From Octopus bimaculoides (Eukaryota), in assembly GCF_001194135.2 (NCBI RefSeq), contig NC_068990.1, positions 40,655,070-40,719,069 of the forward strand: a stretch of DNA of 64,000 nucleotides, read 5' to 3'. Below, in pieces: positions 63,581 through 64,000 of the stretch. Made by a program: the position numbers and the translations under genes. Position 1 is the stretch's first letter, and every line of letters starts with the position of its first letter. Below the pieces are notes generated by a model. It had not been told where the DNA came from. It saw nothing but the letters and a program-made list of their open reading frames with translations, and searched no databases.

Positions 63581-64000
63581 TTTCACTGTCAACGATCAGT
63601 TAGTCTCTGTTACTGTAAATAGGTATCACAGACGAAAACTGGCCCACCGCTCTAAAAAATAACAGTAATTTAACATTTTAAAATTACTCATAAGCTTGAG
63701 CCTGAAAAAAATATGGGAAATCATTCCAGTGTAACTGTCGTTTCAAACAATAATCGAATTTCAATATTTTCCTCATGACACACGTATATGTATATATGTG
63801 CATGTGTTCATCTATATGTACCAATACCGAAATATAAAAAACTTAGAGTACTGAGTGAGATGTTTTCAAAATCTAATAAATCATATAATATTCTTCCTGA
63901 AATCGAATATTCTCTACGTATACTTTCGTTTATATTTGAGTTTCTATTGCTATTTCTATATGTATCTATATGTATGTACGAAAGTGTGCGTGTATATATA

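Overview
This is AT-rich eukaryotic genomic DNA, almost certainly from an octopus-like cephalopod. It is full of (TA)n/(CA)n/(CT)n/(TACA)n/(TAA)n microsatellites, three tRNA-derived SINE families and eight N gaps. I could not identify any intact host protein-coding gene with confidence, and most ORF-track entries are microsatellite or gap artefacts. The first ~20 kb is CpG-poor and intron-like, with old repeats: a near full-length mariner, a hAT MITE and eroded SINEs. From ~20.5 kb onward the window is a dense graveyard of transposable elements. It holds two copies of one Penelope RT+GIY-YIG family, three fragments of a second Penelope-like (PLE) GIY-YIG type, four R4/Dong-clade LINE fragments, RTE and Tx1/L1 LINE pieces, a pogo-like DNA transposon remnant and several palindromic/foldback MITE-like elements. 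Four observations stand out. (1) The Penelope family's 3' repeat (pLTR) carries a tRNA-like RNA Pol III A/B-box cassette and a hammerhead-ribozyme remnant, and an inverted piece of it sits at the 5' truncation point of both copies. (2) There is a nearly intact stand-alone OTU deubiquitinase-like domain on the minus strand at ~56.3-56.75 kb. (3) Several more hammerhead-like motifs sit next to PLE fragments. (4) R4/Dong LINEs abut (TACA)n and (TAA)n tracts. All family assignments come from motif recognition by eye; no database searches were run.
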